Below, in pieces: positions 12,064 through 24,796 of a DNA stretch of 64,000 nt. Each line of letters begins with the position of its first letter. The first letter of the stretch is position 1. Where the stretch lies: positions 4,712,001 through 4,776,000 of the forward strand of contig JANHCV010000001.1 in NCBI GenBank assembly GCA_025594325.1, read 5' to 3'. Origin of the DNA: Blastocladiella emersonii ATCC 22665 (lineage: Eukaryota; Fungi; Blastocladiomycota). The position numbers were made by a program, and so were the translations under genes. The notes under the pieces are model-generated. The model did not search any database, was not told the origin of the DNA, and saw only the letters and a list, made by a program, of their open reading frames with translations.

Positions 12064-14058
12064 TTAGGCCTTGGGGGCCTCAGGCGCGGCGGCAGCCGCG
12101 GGGGCAGCGGGCGCGGCGGCGGGCTCGGTCTTGGCGGGCTCAGCAGCCTTGGGCGCCTCGGCGGCCTTGGGGGCCTCAACGGCGGGCTCGGCGGCCTTGA
12201 CGGGCTCAGCGGCGGCCTTGGGGGCCTCAGCGGCGGGCGCGGGGGCGGCAGCCTTGGGCTCCGCGGCCTTGGGCGCCTCAGCAGCGGGCGCGGGAGCAGC
12301 AGCCTTGGGGGCCTCGGTCGCGGCGGCGGGGGCAGCAGCAGCAGCGGCAGTCGTCGAGGCGAGCTTGACGGGGGCGGGCTTCTTGGGCTCGAACCGCTCG
12401 GCGTGGGTGCTGACAATGTAGGCGCGGTTGACGACGGGGTGCGAGTGCGGGAACCCGAGCTTGATGGCCTGCTGGAGCACGGCGAAAGCGTCGTCGCGCT
12501 TGTCGAGCTTGACGAGCTGGTCGATGAAGGACCGGAGGAGCTGCGGGTTCTTGTACTTGCCGTTGATCGGGATCATGTCAAACACCTCGACCACCTGCTC
12601 AAACTCCTTCTTGTCGCCGAGGTACTCGAGCGTCATGATGTAGGGGCGGAACCGGAGGCCCTCGATGCGCTGGTAGTGCGAGCCGTACTCGACGAGGAAC
12701 TCCTTGAGCCCGGCGACATCGCCGGCCTTGAGGTGCGCGTCAACGAGCTCCGTGACCACATTGCCAAAGATCTCGCGGTTGGCCTGCGACATGGCCTGGC
12801 CCGTGTGGGCGCGCGCCGCGGCGAGGTCGCCGCGCTGGATCGCGACGCGGGCGAGGATCCCGTACGCGCCCGAGTTGGGCACAATGTTCTTGGCCTTGAG
12901 CGAGGTGATGAGGGCCTCGGCCTCGTCGAGGCGCTTCTTCTCAATGTAGTGGGCGGCGAGCCACGTGTGGATCTTGGCAATGTTGAGGTTCTGGGTCTCC
13001 TTGTCGAGGAACTCGTTGAAGACCTTGAGGGCGGCGGGCTCGTCGCCCTTGGCGAGGTAGCTGCCCATGAGGATCGGGCCAAACTGGTGCGTGTCGACGC
13101 CGTTCTTCTCGGCGAGCTTGACGACCTCGAGCACCTTGTCGTGCATGTCGAAGTTGCGGTACGCGTTCATGAGCGACGCGTACGACAGGCCCGACGGCGC
13201 CGACGACCCGTGCACGGCGACCAGCTTGTCAAAGTACATCTGGGTCGCGTCGGCCTCGTGGCGCCACGCCTTGGAGATCATGGTCTCGTAGATGGGCGCG
13301 GGGATGTCGAAGTTGCCGCGCTCGAGGTTGGCAAACACGGCCTTGAGCCGCTCGTAGTCGTTCTGCTGCGTCGCGTTGCGCAGGACCGCCATGAGGCGCA
13401 CGTGGTCCATGAACCCGAGCGTCTCGAACTCCTCGGCGGCCAGCTGCTCGTACATGTTCCACGCGTTGAGCGAGCGGCCGCGCGACACGGCGTCGCGGAA
13501 CTTCTCGAGCTTGGTCAGCGGGGTGCCGTCGGGGTGCGTGTTGGAGATGTACTCGCGCGGGCCGCGCTGGCCGTTGTAGCCGTTGCCGTTGTTATTGTAG
13601 CGGCGCTGCGGGCGGTCGCCCTGCTGCTGCTGGCCGTCGATGTTGTAGCGACGGGGCGGGCGGTCGCCCTGCTGGCCGTCGTAGCGGCGCTGCGGGCGCT
13701 CGCCCTGCTGACCGTCGTTGTAGTTGTTGTAGCGGCGGGGCGGGCGGTCGCCCTGCTGGCCGTCGTTGTTGTAGCGACGCTGCGGACGCTCACCCTGCTG
13801 GCTGTCGTTGTTGTAGTTGTTGAAGCGGCGCTGCGGGCGCTCGCCGCCGTTGTTGTTGTCGAAGCGGCGGACGGGGCGCTCGGCCTGGTCCTCGTCGCGG
13901 GCGACCTGGCTCACCCTACACAGCCGAGCAATCAGTCCATTATCCTATCGTCGCGGTCCATGGGGGAACACATACGAGAAGGTGCGGGCGGCAATGGGGC
14001 GCACGGCGGCGGCGGAGTTGACGCGCGCGAGCGCAGACGAGGCGATCCGGGACAGCAT
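12064..14058 (-). CDS. Mitochondrial pentatricopeptide-repeat (PPR)-like protein (2 exons)
   Basis: Exon 1 encodes the presequence MLSRIASSALARVNSAAVRPIAARTFS, followed by a GTATGT intron ending near 13916. PPR-like helical repeats include YASLMNAY and SGAYGILAR. The tail is an AEAPK low-complexity stretch. Confidence 0.75.
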
Positions 14059-14343
14059 GGCGGCGGCGGCGAGGGAGTTGATGCGTGGGAGGAGCTCTTC
14101 GTTCGAGGTCCACGGCGGATCGGATGCGAGAGAGGGGAGGGCGGCGAGGCGTTCGCGCGGGCGGGCGAGCGAGAGCAGCGCAGGACAGCGGGAACGTTGT
14201 TGATCGCGTCACGTGGGCCCGGCACGCGCTGCGCGAGACGCGTCGCGCCGCTGCGAGACGCGTTTCGGCCGCGACTGCACCGCCCGAGATGCTTGAGTCG
14301 CGCCTCCTTGCATCCTAAAGGAGACCCTCGTATCATTTCAACC

Positions 14344-16854
14344 ATGGTACCGCAGGACACTACATGCAATGCAGCAATGAACCAACCTCATGCAACCGTC
14401 TAGGCAGAAGCGGTCAAGGTCGTGCTGCGGTGCCGGCCGTTCAGCGAAAAGGAAAAGGCGGCGGGCCACGCCAACATCGTCAAGATCGACGAGACCGATG
14501 CGCGCGTGTGCATCACGGACCCGAACGCGGGCACGGGCGACGCACCCAAGTGCTTCACCTTCGACTCGGCGTTTGACTGGAACTGCAAGCAGCTCGACGT
14601 GTACAACAAGACGGCGCTGCCGATCGTCGAGTCGGTGCTCAACGGGTACAACGGGACCATCTTCGCGTACGGGCAGACGGGCACGGGCAAGAGTTTCAGC
14701 ATGGAGGGCGTGCGCGACGTGCCCGAGCTGCGCGGCATCATCCCCAACTCGTTCGAGCACATCTTCTCGCACATCCGGTCGGCCGGCGGCGGCGTCAAGT
14801 TCCTGGTGCGCGCCAGCTACCTCGAGATCTACAACGAGGAGATCCGCGACCTGCTCGCGTCGGGCGCCACGCGCCTCGAGCTCAAGGAGCACCCGGACAC
14901 GGGCGTCTACGTCAAGGACCTGTCGTCGTTTGTCGTCAAGGACGTGACCGAGATGGACAAGCTCATGAACCAGGGCAACAAGAACCGGTCCGTCGGCTTC
15001 ACCGAGATGAACGCGCGGTCCTCGCGCTCGCACTCCATCTTCACCATCACCATCGAGATGAGCGAGGAGCGCGACGGGAAAGAGTGCATCCGCATGGGCA
15101 AGCTGCACCTCGTCGACCTCGCCGGGTCCGAGCGCCAGTCCAAGACGGGCGCCACGGGCGACCGCCTCAAGGAGGCCACCAAGATCAACCTCAGCCTGTC
15201 GTGCCTCGGCAACGTCATCAAGGCCCTCGTCGACGGCAAGTCGAGCCACGTCCCCTACCGCGACTCCAAGCTCACCCGCCTGCTCCAGGACTCGCTCGGC
15301 GGCAACGCACGCACCATGATGATCGCCACCATGTCGCCCGCCTCCTACAACTACGACGAGACCATCAGCACCCTGCGGTACGCCGCCCGCGCCAAGTCCA
15401 TCAAGAACAAGCCCAAGATCAACGAGGACCCCAAGGACGCCATGCTGCGCATGTTCCAGGAGGAGATTGCCCGGCTCCGCGCCCAGCTCGAGATGGAGGG
15501 CGGCGCCGGCGGGGAAGGCGGCGACGTTGCGCCTGGGACCGAGGCCGCTACTGGCGGCGACGACGCGGGCGCCGTCGACTCGGGGACCGAGGAACCCGAT
15601 CCCGACGAGGGTGCCGATAGCGGCGGCGGCGGCGCACCACCAACCGCGGGCGACGCTGGTCCGGCCTCGCCAACAACGACGACGACAACGGGCGGCGCGC
15701 CGCCGGGCCGCAAGAACGCGGGGCTCACGCTCGAGGAGATGCGGCTCATGGAGCAGCGGATCGAGGAGGAGAAGCGCAGCATTCTCGAGAGCAAGGACAT
15801 GATCGAGTCGGAGAAGCAGGCGCTGCTGGGCGAGCTGGCGGCGCGGCAGGCCGAGATCGACGGCGAGCGCAAGCAGCGCGAGGAGCTGCTGGCCAAGCTC
15901 GAGCAGATGGAGAGCAAGCTGCTGGTCGGCGGCGTCAACCTGCTCGACAAGGAGGTGCAGCAGCGCGAGGAGCTGGCGCGGCAGGCGGCCGAGCTTGAGG
16001 CGCGCAAGCAGCAGCAGCTCCTGATCCAGCACCAGATGCAGCAGGAGGAGGAGGCCGCGCTGCAGATGGAGGAAGAGTACAACTCTCTGCAGGACGAGGC
16101 CGCGGCCAAGACCCAGAAGATCAAGAAGCTGTGGTCGCTCCTCATGAACCACAAGGCCGAGCTCAAGGACCTGACCGAGGAGTACCAGCGCGAGCGCGAG
16201 GACCTGCTCGACACGATCCGCGACCTGTCGCGCGAGCTCAAGTTCAAGATGAAGCTCGTCGAGCGCTTCATCCCGGACCGCGAGCTGCACTGGATCGAGT
16301 CCAACGCCGAGTGGGACGAGGTCAACGAGCAGTGGCACGTCCGCTTCGCCGCACACGCTGGAAACAACGTCCGCGGCCAGCGCCTCCCCTCGCACTCGCA
16401 CGTCCGCCACCAGCAGCTTCTCCACTCGGCAAATGGCGGCGGCGGGTCCGGCGTCGCGCGACGCACCGGCGGCGCGAGCGTCAAGGCCGGCACCGCGTCG
16501 AGCGCCATGGGCCCCGAACCGCCGAGCTGCTGGCCGCTCGTGTACCCGACGCCCGAGGTGTACCTCTCGTACGAGCGCGGCGGCGGCGGCAGCGCCGGCG
16601 GCATGGTGGGCGCGGGTGGGCCGCGCATCGCTGGCTTGGCGCACGGCGGACCCTCCGCAGCTCGGATGCGCACCTCGGCCGCGCCGTCGTCGGGCGGGAC
16701 GCAGGCGCGGCCGCAGGCGGCGCGGACCAAGAGTGGAACGCGGTCGAGCCGGCCAGCGGGCGCGGGAACGGCGGCCTCGCCAACGCCGTCGTCGCCGCCC
16801 AAGGAGACGCCCGTGGCGCGCGGGCTGGTTGCGAGGCCAAAGCACTACGCGTGA
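14344..16854 (+). CDS. KIF3A: Kinesin-2 motor subunit, KIF3A/FLA10-like (intraflagellar transport)
   Basis: ATG, then intron 14347..14403, then AEAVKVVLRCRP. P-loop GQTGTGKS, NARSSRSH and DLAGSERQ. Coiled coil LQDEAAAKTQKIKKLWSLLM and tail GNNVR resemble KIF3A. Confidence 0.9.
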
Positions 16855-17072
16855 GCGCCCGCTGACCTGTTGTTCGAAATAGACCCCGCGCGTGCGATTT
16901 GATGGTCGCGGTGATCCGAAGAAGCCTGTGGCGTCGCTGTGACGTGACGCCAACCTTGCCTCGCGCTTACGCCGAATCCCCCTGCTTCCTGCCCGCCCTC
17001 TCTGCTACGCATCAACAACACGAACGAACGAGAGACCCGCCGCAACACCTCAGTGACCATGATCCTGCCAAC

Positions 17073-18777
17073 ATGCTGATCGCACCGCCCCCTCCCGAGC
17101 CCCCCTCGCCGCCTGCACCCGCACTGGTCCTCCTCTCCGCCGCGGCCAAGAACCTGACGGCGACGGGCGGCGGCTCGCCCGACCTGACGCCGTCGCAGCT
17201 CGCAGCGCTCGTCGTGATCTTGCGCATCGGGACCGTGGCGTCGGTCGTGCTGTGCGTCGCCATGCTCGTCGACGTGGCCCGCCGCTGGGCGTCGTTCCGG
17301 CACTCGCCGCACCGTATCGTCATCACCTGGACGTTCGCCGACCTCCTCGCGTGCGCGGCGTTCTGGGCGGCCCGCGGACCCGCTGAGCACGCGGCGTTGA
17401 CCGGGGATAACACGGCGTGCGCGGCGCAGGGGTGGGCGATCCAGTTTCTGTACGGTTTACGCTCTCCGAGCCTCAGTTCGCGGGACTGACGCGGCTCATC
17501 TCTGTAGCCTCATGGTCTCGGTCCTGTGGGGCGCGATCCAGGCGACCAACGTGCTGCTAATCGTGTTCGCGCGGTTCGGGACCGCGGAGCTACACGCGCT
17601 CGAGCCGTACCAGCAGCTTCTCGCATGGGGCGTACCGTGCGCCATGGCGACGCTGCCGCTCGTCATCGACATCCCGCTGCCGCGCGACTACCTGCGGCGC
17701 GCGTATGGCGACGCGGCCGTGACGACGCTCGTGGAGCGGCGCGGCGTGGACGTGGCGACGCACCCGAGCGCGCAGCTCGTGGACGTGGCGTACCGCGACT
17801 CGTCGCCCCGCCCAACCCGCCTCGTCCCGTCGTTCTACGGCGACGCGACCTTCTGGTGCTGGATCTCGCCCGTCTACGCGCCGTACCGCATGTACCTCCT
17901 GTACGTGCCGCTGTGGGTGTGCTTCGCGTACACGCTCGCCGCGTACGTCGCCGCGGGCACCCGCGTGCTCCGAATCCCGTGGCTCCACCGCCTCCACCAC
18001 CACCACCGTCGCGGGAACGGCGCTAGGCGGTACCGCTCGACCGCGAGCCTACCGCACGTCTCGTCGGCCGCGCAGCGCACGTACGCGGTCCGCGCGGGGC
18101 TGTACTCGCTCGCCTTTTTCGCAACGTGGCTCGGACCCTCGCTCGACCGCATCGCCACGCTCGCGGCGCCTGTCGCTCCGCCGTTCGCGCTCCTCGTCCT
18201 CCACGCCGCGACAGCGCCGCTCCAGGGGTGCTTCAACGCGCTCGTCTACTTTGCCGCCCGCGCCGCTGTCAAGTGGCGACAGCGCAAGGAGGCCACGGCC
18301 GCTGCGGTTCCCCGCACTCCTGCTGCAGCGGCTGTCGTGGAACCCAAGCCCGCAGCGGTCACGGTAGTCGCCTCCTCCGCTGGCGGTGCGAGGGTCACGA
18401 CCACGATCCCGGTGACCTCGGACGCGGTCGCGGGCACGTCCGAGCGGCCTCCCCCATCGACCTTCTCCCCGCCGCCGCGCGCCGCGCTCGCCGCGTGCGG
18501 GTGCCGCGTAGTCGACGGCGAGCTGCCGACGCTCACCGTGGTCTTGCCGCCCGAGGAGGAGAGCGAGTACGCGGCCGCGGCCGCCGAGGAAGAAGAAGCG
18601 GAGGAGGAAGATGTGGGCGACGGGTCGACGCGGATCGCGTCAGCGTACCTCGACGGCGGCGGGTCCGTCGTGTCCTCGACGGCGGCGGGTCCGTCGTGTC
18701 CTCGACGACGAACCTCACCGCGACGACCGAGGGTATGTGGCCGGCGCCAAGGCGGCGATGACCATCAAGCAGAATAG
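17073..18777 (+). CDS. cAMP-receptor-like (CAR/Git3-type) seven-TM GPCR (2 exons)
   Basis: Intron 17450..17507. Motifs FADLLAC, CAAQGWAIQF, AWGVP, WCWISP..RMYLLYVPLW and PLQGCFNALVY. Seven hydrophobic segments. Confidence 0.85.
18648..18707 (+). repeat. 26-bp tandem duplication inside the GPCR tail
   Basis: CCTCGACGGCGGCGGGTCCGTCGTGT occurs at 18648 and 18674, followed by a partial CCTCGACG at 18700. Confidence 0.9.
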
Positions 18778-18984
18778 ATACCAAACCATTCCCCCTTGCG
18801 CAGTGCGGAGTGTAAAAAAGTGAATAACGATGTACTTGCAAAAACGAACGAACGAACAACAGACCAGACCGACGAAAAAGGGAAACGAGGGAGGGGAGGG
18901 GGAGATGAGGGAGGAACTAAAAGGGAGGAGGGAGGAGAGTGCTTTGCCCGCCCAGGCGAGCGCGCCCGCGGGCCGCTGGCCAGC

Positions 18985-21721
18985 TTACATGGCGATCCCG
19001 CGGACCTGGTCGCGGGCCCACCGCGCGGTTTCGCGGGTAGCGCTCGAGTAGGCGTGCGACTGGATCATGACGGCGAGGAACCGCTCGACCCACTCCTGGG
19101 TGAGGAGGTCGCGCGCCGAGGGCCCGAAGGCGAGGGCGAGGTCGCCAATGAGCCCGGCCACGTTGCGCGACACGGCCTCGGACGCCCGCCGGTTGTCCTT
19201 GATGGACTCGAACATGGTGCTGGCGATGAAGTGCAGGTGCGGCTCGAGCGACGCCATGAGCTGGTCCTCGGCGAGCGCGTTGACGATCCCGACGAGCGCC
19301 ACCACAATGGCCTCGCGCAGGTGCTCGAGGATGTCGGCGAAATCGGGCGACGCCTCGGGCATGGTCTGCGCCGCGTACGCGGCCTGCTGGAGGACCGTCA
19401 TGACCGAGTCGAGGTACGTGGTGAACTTGGCGCCACCGATCGCCAGCGCGATATCGCCAAAGCACGAGATGATGACGGGCGGGAGCGACGGGTGGACGCC
19501 CGGCCGCGTGAGGGCGGCGCCGAGCAGCTCCATGAACCCGCCGGCCCACGTCGCGAACCCGGCCTCGAGCGCGCGGCACATGTCCGAGACGGTGCCGACG
19601 GCCACCTCGCACAGGAGGTGCTCGTCGGGCGACTGGAGCCCGCCGACGACCACGGGGAGGATCGCGTTCATGAACCGCTCGAAGTCGTGCTCGAGCACCG
19701 ACGCGAGCGCGCCCGTGCACAGCAGCACGTCCTCGACGACGCCCGTGGCCTTGGACGTGACGGCGAGCTGCGCGAGCTGCGTGAGCGACGCCATGATGCG
19801 GTCGGCGGCGGGCGCCGCCTGCTTCTCGAGACGCCGGATCACCGCGGTCATGACGCCGAGCAGGTTGGACGTGGTCTCGGCGACGGCGCCGTGCAGGGAC
19901 GCCTGCTGCGCGCAGAACTCGACGCGGAGCATGAGCTCCTCGGCGGCGCGCTGGACGACGGGGAGCGAGTCCTCGGCGGCCGACGCGATCCACGCGGTGA
20001 GGGCCTGGTAGGCACCGGTGCGGAGCGCCTGGGCGCCGTCGCGGGCCGCGGCGGCCAGGAGCGCCGAGATGACGTGCTCGTAGTAGGCCGACAGCACGCT
20101 GGTCGGGTCCTCGGCGCGGTCCTCGAACTGCTCGGCAAACTGCATGAGCGCCCACGACGACGACGACACGATGCGCGGCTGCGACTCGCCGAGCCCGCGG
20201 ACGAGCGCCTCGATCATGCCCGCGTACAGCGAGTCGCTGAGCTCGTGCACGACAAACTCGCAGATGCGGCCGAGCGTCCACGCCGCGGTATCCTTGACGA
20301 CAATGTGCTGGTCCTGGGTGGTGTCGAGGAGGAACGGCATGGCCTGGCTGACGAGCCCCGCGAGCTGGCGCGGCTCGGGCCCGTCGAGGATGCTGCCGAA
20401 GGTCATGACGGCGGCGTCGCGGTGGTGCCAGTCGAGCGAGCGGATGTTCTGCTCGATGAGCGGGAGGGCAAAGTTGATGATGTCGCCGCCGACCGTGGAG
20501 GCGAGGGCGTTGAGGCAGGTGCTGGCGGCCATGGACGGGTTCCAGTCGTCCTCGTCCGCGTCCTCGTCGACCTTGGTGAGCAGCCAGAAGAGCACGGGGA
20601 CGAGCTCCTTGAGCACCTCGCGGGCGAAGTGGTAGCACTTTTCGGTGATGGGCATGCCCATGAGGTGGGCCTCCTCGACGGCGTACATGACGTCGTACTC
20701 GCGCTCGCACAGCGTGGACCAGAACTCGATGGCCTGCAGGACCACGGCCTCGATCTCGGACTGCATGGAGAAGATGGTGACGCCGAACAGGGCCTTGCGC
20801 ATGTACATCTCCATGTACTTGTAGTACTGGTCGACGACGCGGATCAGGCACTGGTACGCGGCCACCTGCACGTCGACGCTCTGGGCCTGGGTGCCCTCGC
20901 ACAGGACCTGCATGATCACGTTGCGCTCCGCGTCGCGCCCGAAGTTCTCCTGGATGAAGTCGAGCGAGTTGCTGAGCGCATCGAACGCCTGCTTGCGCAC
21001 GTGCGCGCTGGGCTCCTCCTTGCGGGCGCCGTTCATGACGGCGCCGAGGATGCTGTCGGCGTGCCTGGACAGGACCGAGGGGTCAATGAGCTCGCACACG
21101 AAGCCGATGGCGGTCATGGAGTTGGCCTTGAGGGCCTCGGACGCGGCCACGTTGGTCATGTTGGCGAGCAGGGCGGGGATCAGCTCGTTCCACTCGTTGC
21201 GCGGCAGGTCGATGGCGGCAATGGCGGCGATGACCTGGGCCGTCTGGTTGCCGAGGCCCGACTCGAGGTTGCCGAGCGTCTACACGTTGTGTGGGGAAGC
21301 GGGTCAGCTTCCTTGCGTTCGCTCGATCCGTGACGGGAACAGCAACGTACGGCAGCCTTGATCTGCTGGCGGAGGGCGCCGTCGAGCTTGGCCCAGTTCT
21401 GGGCCTTCTCGGTCTTGCGGGCCTCGTCAGTCGCGGACAGGGCGTTCTTGAAGGCGAGGGCGGCGGCGGTGCGCGTGGCGACTTCGCCGTTGGCGTTGAC
21501 GAGCTCCTGGACGAGGGCCGTGATGTACTGGACATAGTTGGTCTCGTAGGCGGCCTGGAGCTTGCGCGTGCAGTCGTCGCGGAGCGCCTGCTCTGCAATC
21601 ACGCGCGGGCGAGGGGTGTGCGCGTCAGTCGAGACTGTTGCTGGTGCAGACGTCGGGCGAGCGAGCGAGCGGGGCACGCACCAGGCGAGAGGGTGCCCTG
21701 AAGCCAGTCGGCGACGTTCAT
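18985..21721 (-). CDS. KAP95: Importin subunit beta-1 (3 exons)
   Basis: MNVADWLQGTLSP exon 1, AAALAFKNAL, HEAT repeats, AIEFWSTLCERE, DEDDWNPSMAASTCL and HRDAAVMTFGSILDGP. Confidence 0.95.
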
Positions 21722-22605
21722 GGCGGGCAGCGTAGTCGCGGGCGGGCGGGGGTCGGTACGCGGACGGGGCGGGAGAACTGTGGCGCAGGGATCGGCTGCA
21801 GCGAGGCGAGCGACGAGTCCCGGGAAGAAGCGTCGGCGGCGGCAGCAGCTGTAGGCGGAGGTGGTGGCGATCCGCAGCGGCGACGGCAACGGATTCGAGG
21901 CGGTCGGTCCGACGACGAGGTGCTGGCGCGTTTCAGGCGGGCGACAGCAGCAGCAGCGGCGGCGAGAAGGCAGCGAGCGAGCAAAGCAGGCTGGTTCGGT
22001 TGGGTCGGTGTCGTTCAGCGGGCACACGCGCGGCTTCGTCGGTGGTACGGCGGCGGCGGCGAGGGGTGTGCGGGCGGGTCGGCAACGGCTCCGTGGCGAG
22101 TGCGTAGATGCAGGCGCTACTCGATGCGCGGTGTCACGGCGGGGCGGCGGCAAGAGGGAGGGAGGGAGGGGAGGGGAGAGAGAGCGGCGGCGCGAGGGAA
22201 CGGCGCCGGCCGCCGGCCATGCTCCGCCCGCGGCCGACCCGACTCGCTTCCTTCACCGCGGCCACGGCCGCTCTCCCTCCCCCCTGCGCGTCCCCCACCT
22301 GCCGCAACGCGCCCGCGCTTTCACGATCACACTCGCAGTCCAAACCATGGATCGCCACTACCCGTATATTATTCAGTGAGTCGCGATCGGGTGCGCGATC
22401 CGCCTCGGCCACCAGACGGCGGCAGGGCACAGAGAAGGCGAGAGATTTCGCTGCGCTCGTCTGCGCGTGACCTCACGCGCCCCGTCGCGTCACTTCTCGT
22501 CGAGTCACTCCTTGTCTCACCCTCTGTCTCGCTGCTCGGTGCGGGCACAAACTTGCATAAGTTATATCGATATCAACGGGGCACAATGAGAGAAGAGCGA
22601 ACCCT

Positions 22606-24025
22606 TCAGAGGTCCATGTCAAACACGAGGTTGGTCCTCTGGGCATCGCCCGCGGCCACGCCCTGCGACGACGCCGCGTAGTCCTGCCCGAACATGGACC
22701 CCGCGTCGTCAGCATCCGACGACATGAGCGCGCTACACGAACATGGGACGAGGTGTGAGTGACTTGTCCCGTCGCGTGCGATCGCTCAGGAACACGTACG
22801 TGGTCGCGCGGAGCTTGACGAGTACGAGTCGTTTGAGTTTGCGGTGGTAGAAGAAGACCGTGTGCGACCAACTACGAATGGGGTGAGCCGTCGTCGATGT
22901 CACGCTTCGAGGAGAAAGTGTACATGGTGCCCTCCTCGCGGAGCGGGTCGTTCTGCTCGGTCGCCGGCGCGTACACGTACACCTCGCACTCGCCCAGCGC
23001 GTCGGTCCCGGTCCCGGTCCCGGCGCCTTGGCCGCCCGGATTCGACGATTGCGACGGCGGTGACGACGAGGATGACGCGCCGCCGACCGCCGCCGCCGCA
23101 GCGTCGCCGTCCGAGCCCGAGCCCTCGTTGCTGGCGTGCGGGTACGCCGACAGGTTGACAAACGCGGCGTTGAGCGCGGCCCAGAAGTCGACCTCGAGCA
23201 CCTGGCGCAGCGCCGCGTCCGGCGTGAACAGCTGCCCGCGCATCGACGCCTTGACGTCGCCCGCACTCACCTCGCGGAACTCGGTCGCCGCCGACTCGGT
23301 GAAGTCGTAGTCCGGGTACGCCGCGTTCATGGTGCTGATGAAGGCCTGCCCGGTGCGGAACGGCGGTGAGCCAGGCTCGGTTCCTCGCGGGCAGCATAGA
23401 GACGTACGTAAAGCCGCTTGCGCGCCTGCTGCTCGTCGGGGGACCCGGCCACGGGGGCCGCGCTGGGCGAGAAGGGCGACCGCGACAGCGCGTCGGGTCC
23501 GGGCGTCGGCGGGAGCGCCGCGGGCCCGAGGTCGACGGCCATGAGGTCGTCGCCGAAATCAAACTCGTCGTCCGAGAACTGGCAGTGGTCCGGGTTGATC
23601 TTGCGCGACGGCGACCCGGGCCCGATGAGCGGCGAGTGCAGCTGGTGCTGCGCCGTGAGCGACGTGTTGCGCTTGCGGACGCGCTTGGGCGGCGACCCGA
23701 TCACCATGTCGTCGTCAGCGGCGGCGCCGGCAGCAGCGTCGGCATCGTTGCCCTGTTCGGCGCGCACCGACGACGCGAGCCGCTTGCCGGCCGAGATGAG
23801 CGGCGAGCCGCTGCCGCTGTTGTTGCCGCTGTTGCCGGCGCCCGTGCCAGGCGTCGGGCTGCTGCCGAAGCGGTGCTCGAGGCGGCGCAGCTGCTTCTTG
23901 TCCGAGACGGTGGCCTTGAGCGAGTACGGCTCGATGCGCGCAAAGAGCACCGTGTCGCCCGTCGGTACGCCGTCGAGCACCGAGTTGACGCGCTCGACGC
24001 TTTCGACTTCCAAATACTTGGGCAT
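22606..24025 (-). CDS. MAF1: RNA polymerase III repressor Maf1, multi-exon
   Basis: MPKYLE..ARIEPYSLKATVSDKK, ISTMNAAYPDYDF and WSHTVFFYHRKLKRLV. Acidic C-terminal exon ending VFDMDL* at 22606. Confidence 0.92.
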
Positions 24026-24796
24026 GGTGGTAGAGAGGAGATAGAGGAGATGGTGGCGGGGATTTTGGGAGAGGAGCACCGGTGGTGACGATGAGGGTGG
24101 GATGGGATCGAGCTTACTAGACCGTGGAGGAGGGAGGACCGTCCGGGCATCCGTCAGCTTTCTTCCAGTTCTCCGGAGCACTGCGCGTTGGGCGGTGTCC
24201 GTCCACGTTCGACGGCGAGGGCAGCAGCGACGACGGTGGGTTCCGGCCACCCCCGAGCCAAACGCGAGTGCAGGAATCGCAGGGCTCCCATCCTCCCACG
24301 GTGGCCGTCCACGTTGGCCGCCCTCGCCTCCCGTTGGGGGTTCGAAGACCACCACCGCCGCCGCTGACGCCGCCGAGCACCGTCGCGTTGGCCGCGTTCG
24401 CGCCGTGATACATTGCATGGAGAGAGGGGCGAGGTACCGACCAGTAGCGCTCGAGAACGACGATGGTACGGATGTTAGGCGCAGCACGTCGGGGAGAGAG
24501 AGGGACATTCGCGACGAGGGTGGCGTGGGCAGTCGGAGTTTGAGTGTGCGAGGGACCCCACGTTGAGCACCTCCCCGGTCGCCGCCGCGAAGGTCGGGCT
24601 GAAGCGGAGGGCGGTGTGGCTGAGCGCGAACGCGTGGCCTGCAGCAGCGCACGCGTCACGGTGACGTCACGCCCCTGAGCAACGCGGTCACCCGACCCCA
24701 CGCGACGCAAGCGCCACTTCGCGATCGGCCGCTGTGGACCTCGAGCGCGACGCACATGGAGAATGGGGTTGCAACGACAACGACCGGACACAAACC

